Shown here: one piece after another, positions 58,868 to 64,000 of the stretch | How the letters are laid out: every line of letters starts with the position of its first letter | Numbering within the stretch: position 1 is the first letter of the stretch | DNA from: an uncultured Pseudomonadota bacterium | GTDB taxonomy: Bacteria; Pseudomonadota; Alphaproteobacteria; Rs-D84 | Assembly (NCBI GenBank): GCA_902793005.1 | Contig: CADBBQ010000002.1 | Span: 33,501-97,500 of the forward strand | Direction of reading: 5' to 3' | DNA length: 64,000 bases | Notes under the pieces: generated by a model | What the model was told of the DNA's origin: nothing | Databases searched by the model: none | Seen by the model: only the letters and a program-made list of their open reading frames with translations | Made by a program: the position numbers and the translations under genes

Positions 58868-58954
58868 TTGAATTTTCCTTTGTTTCCTGAATAAAACTAA
58901 AACGAATTAAAAATAATTGCAATTAAAAAAAACTCTGTTATAATGGCATCACTT

Positions 58955-59031
58955 GGCGGGATAGCTCAGCTGGTTAGAGCAGCGGAATCATAATCCGCGT
59001 GTCGGGGGTCCGAGTCCCTCTCCCGCTACCA
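58955..59031 (+). tRNA. tRNA with a CAU anticodon (elongator Met or lysidine-dependent Ile2; cannot tell by eye); T-loop TCCGAGT
   Basis: Acceptor GGCGGGA/TCCCGCT, anticodon loop ATCATAA, 77 nt with CCA. Confidence 0.8.
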
Positions 59032-59038
59032 AGATAAT

Positions 59039-59063
59039 GACCGATTTTGGCGGTCTTTTTTTT
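59039..59063 (+). terminator. Intrinsic terminator (GACCG/CGGTC plus T8)
   Basis: Hairpin and T-run 8 nt after the tRNA. Confidence 0.7.
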
Positions 59064-59131
59064 ATAAATATCAGTTGACAATTTTTATTTTTGGTGTATA
59101 TTAGGTTGGAAATTGTCAAATGGAGGTTTTT

Positions 59132-60883
59132 ATGCTGAACGAAACAGAACGCAAAGAAATTTTGACTATGTTGAAAAAATATGAATACGCCCACGATTGG
59201 CTGTCGGGCCATTATGGTTCGCGTCGTGCGCATATCGTTTGTGATAAATGTTATAATTTGGCGGGGCGGTATCTGCGTAAAATGAAAGATAATATGGACG
59301 CGATTTCTTCGTCGGATGTTAAATATTTTGCGTTAATCGTTGATACATTTGAACCAATGCGCAAAAACAGTTTGTTTGCCGAATTGCAAAAACACGCAGA
59401 TTTCGATGTTGTTGCGTTTGTCGATGGTTGCAATCGTGTTGGTGCTAAACGGATGTTGAAAAATAAAACGGACAGTGTTGTTGAAAAACGCGTCAAAGAT
59501 ATGGAAAAATCACGCGAAAAATACAAGTCTTTGTGTGAAAATATTTCCAAAGGCAATGGCATTGTTCGTAATTCCAGATTGGCCGAAAAATACAGACATG
59601 ATGCGTATGCATATGCACGCGCAATTGTTAAGGATGAAGTTTTGGTGTCTGATGAAAATTTGGATGCAACATATCATTATTTGAAAACAATTTGTTTCCC
59701 GTATGTTGATGGTGATGTTGCCGATTTGGCCAAGAAAAAGTTAGAAGACAGAATTAAAAACAAGTCAGATTTGGTGGATGTGAAAAAAACAGATAAAAAA
59801 GAAAAATCTGAGGTTCGCGGTTTCAAATTGGGATTGGGTGCAATGAAACAAAAATTTGCGGCACGTGCGAAATCTGTGTTTGATTCTGTTGTGGAAAATC
59901 GCAATAAAAAATCAGATGCGGATAAAAAATGGGACGAATTGGCCGCACAACAACACAAAGCACAACGCGATTTTGAACGCAGTTATAAAAAGCAAGAACG
60001 CGATCAGAAAAAACAAGAACGCGTCGAAAATCGCAAACAGAAAAAACAAAAAATTGTTAATTCGGTGTTAAATGGATATGGTGTTGTGGTAATCGGTCTG
60101 CAAAATTTACAAGACGAATTTAACAAAAAACGGGATGCGCGTCGTGCACAAAGATTGGCGCGTGAAACCGCAGAACAAAAACGCAAATCGGATGAAACCA
60201 AAACACAGCCAAAATTAAATGGAAAACATTGGTATCGTAATGTTATTCGCGTTGCGGTGCCGGTTGTTGGTTTGTTGGCAATTGGTTTGGGATTAAATGC
60301 GTTGAATGATAATATGGATAAAAAACAGCAAGCGCAGAAAAAAGAAGTCAAAGAAGTAAAAGCTGTTAAACAGACGCCTGTGGTTGTGAAAAATGATGCA
60401 AACAAAACAACCCAATCGTATGCGGCACCGATTGCGTATGACACGGCGTATATGACGGCGATGAATAACTATTGCAATTCGGCAATGGATGTTATTGCGG
60501 GCGAAAAACGCAAAAATGATGTTATGACAAAATTAAATAACCAAATTCAAAATGGTAATTTAGTGTTAAATGACACAATCAGTGTTGAACGCGTCGCATA
60601 TACGTATTTCATTTATCGCGAATATGGGTTTAATATCGATGTGTTGAATTTGGCCGTAAACGGTAATGAAAAATTGTCTGATGCACAACAGGCAGAATTG
60701 GTCAAGGTTATTCAAGATGCCGGTGAACGGGGCCGGGGTGTCCAAAAAATGGCGCGTGAACGTGTGGAATCGCGTGGTGGCAATTTAGGACATCACAGCA
60801 AATTTGAACACGCTACAAAAAAACAACAGCGTGCACTTTTGGTTAATCGCGGTGTGTTGAAAAAAGTGCAACACAACAGATAA
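59132..60883 (+). CDS. Large Lys/Glu-rich hypothetical protein with a single central TM segment
   Basis: ATG at 59132 after GGAGG. Highly charged K/E/R tract (KKQERDQKKQERVENRKQKKQK) and TM segment VAVPVVGLLAIGLGL. Confidence 0.6.
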   Translation: MLNETERKEILTMLKKYEYAHDWLSGHYGSRRAHIVCDKCYNLAGRYLRKMKDNMDAISSSDVKYFALIVDTFEPMRKNSLFAELQKHADFDVVAFVDGCNRVGAKRMLKNKTDSVVEKRVKDMEKSREKYKSLCENISKGNGIVRNSRLAEKYRHDAYAYARAIVKDEVLVSDENLDATYHYLKTICFPYVDGDVADLAKKKLEDRIKNKSDLVDVKKTDKKEKSEVRGFKLGLGAMKQKFAARAKSVFDSVVENRNKKSDADKKWDELAAQQHKAQRDFERSYKKQERDQKKQERVENRKQKKQKIVNSVLNGYGVVVIGLQNLQDEFNKKRDARRAQRLARETAEQKRKSDETKTQPKLNGKHWYRNVIRVAVPVVGLLAIGLGLNALNDNMDKKQQAQKKEVKEVKAVKQTPVVVKNDANKTTQSYAAPIAYDTAYMTAMNNYCNSAMDVIAGEKRKNDVMTKLNNQIQNGNLVLNDTISVERVAYTYFIYREYGFNIDVLNLAVNGNEKLSDAQQAELVKVIQDAGERGRGVQKMARERVESRGGNLGHHSKFEHATKKQQRALLVNRGVLKKVQHNR

Positions 60884-60884
60884 T

Positions 60885-60916
60885 AAAAAAGGTTGGTTTA
60901 AACGCCAACCTTTTTT
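60885..60916. terminator. Bidirectional intrinsic terminator (GGTTGG/CCAACC)
   Basis: Stem flanked by A6 and T6, between convergent ORFs. Confidence 0.7.
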
Positions 60917-61278
60917 ATAACTTTGTGTTCGTGTACAAATTCATAAACATTTTTTACGGCGATTGCGTTTATTGTATCCAAGTCATTAAAAATTGTTTTG
61001 CTTTTGATTTTTTGTTTTTTTTCGGCGACGACGGTTATGATAAGCATATTTAATTGAAATGGAAATTCGTCTGTCATTTCACGCAGTTTGAACGGATAAA
61101 ATATTAAAAATTTTTTTATAATTTCATCACGCATTTTATCAAATCGTGTTGCCGCAGATGCGTTTGGAATTTGTGCGCGAATTTCGGATAAATGTTTATT
61201 CATTATTTTTAATGGTTCTTGGTTTGCGGGGTCGGTAATTGTGTCGCCTTGGTAAAATATTTTTGGTAAACGTCGCAT
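60898..61278 (-). CDS. Hypothetical protein (126 aa) downstream of leader RNA B
   Basis: ORF with its ATG at 61278, about 20 nt after the leader terminator U-tract. No family recognised. Confidence 0.55.
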   Translation of the reverse strand: MRRLPKIFYQGDTITDPANQEPLKIMNKHLSEIRAQIPNASAATRFDKMRDEIIKKFLIFYPFKLREMTDEFPFQLNMLIITVVAEKKQKIKSKTIFNDLDTINAIAVKNVYEFVHEHKVIKKVGV

Positions 61279-61298
61279 AGTTGTACTCTTGGTTTTTA

Positions 61299-61480
61299 GA
61301 AAAATAAAAAACCACTATGAAAAACATAAGTGGTTGGAGTTTTACATCTATGTCAAACGAAATAGCGTGCTTATTCAAATATATCACACACTCCAACCGA
61401 GGTTGGAGTGTTTTCAGTCCCTCCGGACTCGTTTGACGTGGAGTGTAAATCTCCAGCCCGGGAACTCCCCGTGCATAAGT
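61299..61480 (-). ncRNA. Structured leader RNA, copy B; same architecture as 12520-12712
   Basis: Helices pair 61336-61346 with 61444-61454 and 61452-61460 with 61429-61437. Hairpins at 61391-61408 and 61416-61429. Terminator CCACUUAUG/CAUAGUGG plus a U-tract at 61299-61332. Confidence 0.55.
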
Positions 61481-61741
61481 ATGCTATATTAATAAACATA
61501 AAAAATCAAGTGGGTTGTAATTTATCTTGCAAATGGGGATTTTTGATTATATCATAAATACATATTTTAAGGGCGCGATACCGATGAAGTGACTGACAAC
61601 CACGGAGGCATCAAAACCCAAAAACAAAAGTGATAAATTCGGGTGGCACCGCGCGGAAACTTCGCGCCCCGAAAATGAAAATTGTGGGTGCCAAAAATTT
61701 CATATTTTGTTGGTGCCCTGAGAATATAAAGGGTGTAAAAA

Positions 61742-63520
61742 ATGTTATCTTTGAAATCAAAATACAGAACGCATACTTGCGGTGAATTAAACATCAGTAA
61801 TGTTGGCGAAACTGTGACTTTGGCCGGGTGGGTGCATCGTAAACGCGACCACGGGTCTTTGTTGTTTGTGGATTTGCGCGATAATTATGGTATTACGCAA
61901 TGCGTGTTTGACGGGGGCGATGAAGTGTTGGAACGCATTCGTCCGGAATCTGTGGTGCAAATTACTGGCAAAGTTGTTGCGCGTGATTTGGATGCAATTA
62001 ATGAAAAAATCCCAACCGGACATATCGAAATCCAGGCAAAGGCGGCGGACGTTAAAATTTTAACAAATGCCGAGGTTTTGCCTTTCCAGGTGTTTGGCGA
62101 TGAAGAAACATCCGAAGAATTGCGGTATAAATATCGGTTCTTGGATTTGCGCCGTGAACGGTTGCACTATAATATTTTGATGCGCAATAAAATGATGAAG
62201 TGGTTAAGGGACAAAATGTGGGATTTGGGTTTTTCGGAATTCCAAACACCGCTGTTGACCGCGGATTCGCCCGAGGGCGCACGCAGTTTCTTGGTGCCGT
62301 CGCGTCTGCATCACGGTAAATTTTATGCGTTGCCCCAGGCACCACAGATGTTTAAACAATTATTACAGGTGTCTGGATTTGACCGGTATTTCCAAATTGC
62401 GCCGTGTTTCAGAGATGAAGATTTGCGCGCCGACAGATTGTTGGAATTTTATCAGTTGGATATGGAAATGTCTTTTGTTGATGTCCCAGATATCCAGGCC
62501 GTTGGCGAGGCAATTATGCCGGAATTGGTTAAAACTTTTGCGCCGGACGCCAATGTGTATCCAACAATTCCACATATTTCGTATGATGACGCAATGTTGA
62601 AATATGGTTGCGATAAACCGGATTTGCGTAATCCTATTTTAATTTCGGATGTGACGGAAATTTTCCGTGGGTCTGAATTTGGAATCTTTGCAAATGCGAT
62701 TGAATCGGGTGCGGTGGTGCGTGCGGTGCCGGCGCCAAAAACGGCCGATAAACCGCGTTCTTGGTTTGATAAATTGGGCGAATATGCAACCCGCGAATTG
62801 GGGTTGGGGGGATTAGGCTATATCATTTTTGCCGATGAAGCCAAGGGCCCGGTTGCCAAAAAATTGGATGCGGCGCGCATTGCAAAATTGAAAGACATTG
62901 CGGGCGATAATGCGTCTATATTCTTTATTTGTGATACGGTGGATAATGCGGCACGTGCCGCGGGCAAATTGCGTAATAAATTGGGTGCAGATTTGGGATT
63001 GGTCAATCCGCGTGATTTTGCATTTTGCTGGGTCGATAATTTCCCGTTCTTTGAACCGGATGAAGACCGTGGTGGTGCGCCGAAATTTACGCATAATCCG
63101 TTTTCGTATCCGATTATTGATTCGGTTGAAGAATTATCAACGCGCGACCCATTTTCTATCAAGGCGGCACAATTCGATATGGTGTTGAACGGTATCGAAA
63201 TTTGCAGTGGTGGATTGCGCAACTATAACCCGGATGTGATGAAAAAATGTTTTGAAATCGCCGGTTATCCATTAGAGGCCGTCGAGAAAAACTTTTCTGG
63301 ATTATACACTGCGTTTCAATATGGTGCGCCACCACACGGCGGTTGTGCGTTCGGTATTGAACGCGTGGTGTCGGAAATTTTGGGCATCGGCGACAGTGTT
63401 CGTGAAATCGTTGCGTTCCCGGCAAATCAACGCGGTCAAGATTTGTTGATGGGCAGCCCTAACGAGGTTTCCGAACAACAATTGCGTGATGTGCATATTC
63501 AAATCCGCAAGAAAAATTAA
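61742..63520 (+). CDS. aspS: Aspartyl-tRNA synthetase (bacterial type)
   Basis: Class II motifs FQIAPCFRDEDLRADR and GGCAFGIERV, with a GAD insertion domain. Confidence 0.95.
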   Translation: MLSLKSKYRTHTCGELNISNVGETVTLAGWVHRKRDHGSLLFVDLRDNYGITQCVFDGGDEVLERIRPESVVQITGKVVARDLDAINEKIPTGHIEIQAKAADVKILTNAEVLPFQVFGDEETSEELRYKYRFLDLRRERLHYNILMRNKMMKWLRDKMWDLGFSEFQTPLLTADSPEGARSFLVPSRLHHGKFYALPQAPQMFKQLLQVSGFDRYFQIAPCFRDEDLRADRLLEFYQLDMEMSFVDVPDIQAVGEAIMPELVKTFAPDANVYPTIPHISYDDAMLKYGCDKPDLRNPILISDVTEIFRGSEFGIFANAIESGAVVRAVPAPKTADKPRSWFDKLGEYATRELGLGGLGYIIFADEAKGPVAKKLDAARIAKLKDIAGDNASIFFICDTVDNAARAAGKLRNKLGADLGLVNPRDFAFCWVDNFPFFEPDEDRGGAPKFTHNPFSYPIIDSVEELSTRDPFSIKAAQFDMVLNGIEICSGGLRNYNPDVMKKCFEIAGYPLEAVEKNFSGLYTAFQYGAPPHGGCAFGIERVVSEILGIGDSVREIVAFPANQRGQDLLMGSPNEVSEQQLRDVHIQIRKKN

Positions 63521-63537
63521 AATCGTGCTAAACAAAT

Positions 63538-63565
63538 ACCCCGGTAATTCCGGGGTGTTTTTTTT
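63538..63565 (+). terminator. Intrinsic terminator (ACCCCGG/CCGGGGT plus T-run)
   Basis: Hairpin 18 nt after the aspS stop, followed by T8. Confidence 0.75.
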
Positions 63566-63580
63566 GTCTTGTTTTTTATG

Positions 63581-64000
63581 TCAGAATTTATTGTTGCTGC
63601 GTGTGAATGCGCGCATATATCCAATGTCCAGATTGTTTATGATTTCGGCAATTGAATATTTGCGTTGGCCTGATTCGATAATTTTCATTTCAACAGATGC
63701 GGGCTTGGGCGCGGTGCCACGCATAACGAATTCAAATGTGCCGGTCATAATGCGATTGTTGATAAACAGTGCGCCAACACCGTCAATATGGGGCAGGGAT
63801 ATAGTCAAAGGTTTTGTCGTTTCAAAATTTCCGTTGTTGTATATGCCGCTGATTTTTAATTTCTTTAATCGGGTTTTGCCGGATTCCAATGCCGCGCCCA
63901 ACATATATTCGGCGTTTAATATTGTGATGTTGTCGGCCGATGAATAAAATGCATCAAACCCCAGGCCTGATACATATCCGCCGGTAAATACCGCATCGAT
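63581..64000 (-). CDS. Hypothetical protein, C-terminal part; the gene continues beyond the window edge
   Basis: The minus-strand frame stays open from 64000 down to the stop at 63581. The track ORF from the internal Met is 63581..63904. Confidence 0.5.
   Translation of the reverse strand: MDAVFTGGYVSGLGFDAFYSSADNITILNAEYMLGAALESGKTRLKKLKISGIYNNGNFETTKPLTISLPHIDGVGALFINNRIMTGTFEFVMRGTAPKPASVEMKIIESGQRKYSIAEIINNLDIGYMRAFTRSNNKF

Noticed and set aside
61567-61794. 75-aa minus-strand ORF overlapping the aspS start
   Set aside because: It overlaps the aspS 5-prime end in antisense, lies within a structured GC-rich spacer, and has no SD.

Overview
The window looks like an AT-rich chromosomal segment of a Gram-negative bacterium. 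The LPS genes lpxC and lpxK, mreCD-mrdA-rodA, and the GyrB and other protein signatures suggest an alphaproteobacterium-like organism, but this is only an impression and no search was run. All product calls come from motifs read by eye.

The backbone is housekeeping: metG, queH, fabD, fabG, mnmG, ileS (type 2), nth, pheST, rplT-rpmI, mreCD-mrdA-rodA, topA, dnaG, ychF, galE, lpxK, lpxC, gyrB, ung and aspS. There are five tRNAs: Val-GAC, Thr-CGU, initiator Met, Thr-GGU and a CAU tRNA. rpmJ (L36) is missing from the ORF track.

Many orphan or accessory genes sit between these:
- an orphan virB3-virB4 pair, translationally coupled to two paralogous secreted HExxH proteins, galE and a yjbR-like gene
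- a partial R64-type type IVb pilus module (PilO/PilP/ATPase/platform) with no pilin, secretin or peptidase
- two DinD/Bro-N-like genes
- a RusA-like gene
- GT11, ABC-F and acetyltransferase genes

The signals most worth follow-up, in order:
1. A two-member family of ~190-nt structured leader RNAs (12520-12712 and 61299-61480, minus strand). Helices are supported by compensatory changes, a CUCCAACC/GGUUGGAG motif occurs three times in each, and an intrinsic terminator lies directly upstream of small unrelated genes. I do not recognise it as a known riboswitch class.
2. A leader ORF with four consecutive Ile codons plus a terminator, directly upstream of ileS.
3. A family of conserved elements fused to tRNA 3-prime ends, including four decayed copies of the tRNA-fMet 3-prime end and a mirrored tRNA-Thr/trailer/DinD-like module.
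4. An iteron-like array of TTGTTRAAA words upstream of virB3.
5. A 3-codon uORF and RBS-sequestering hairpin upstream of a compact ABC-F gene.
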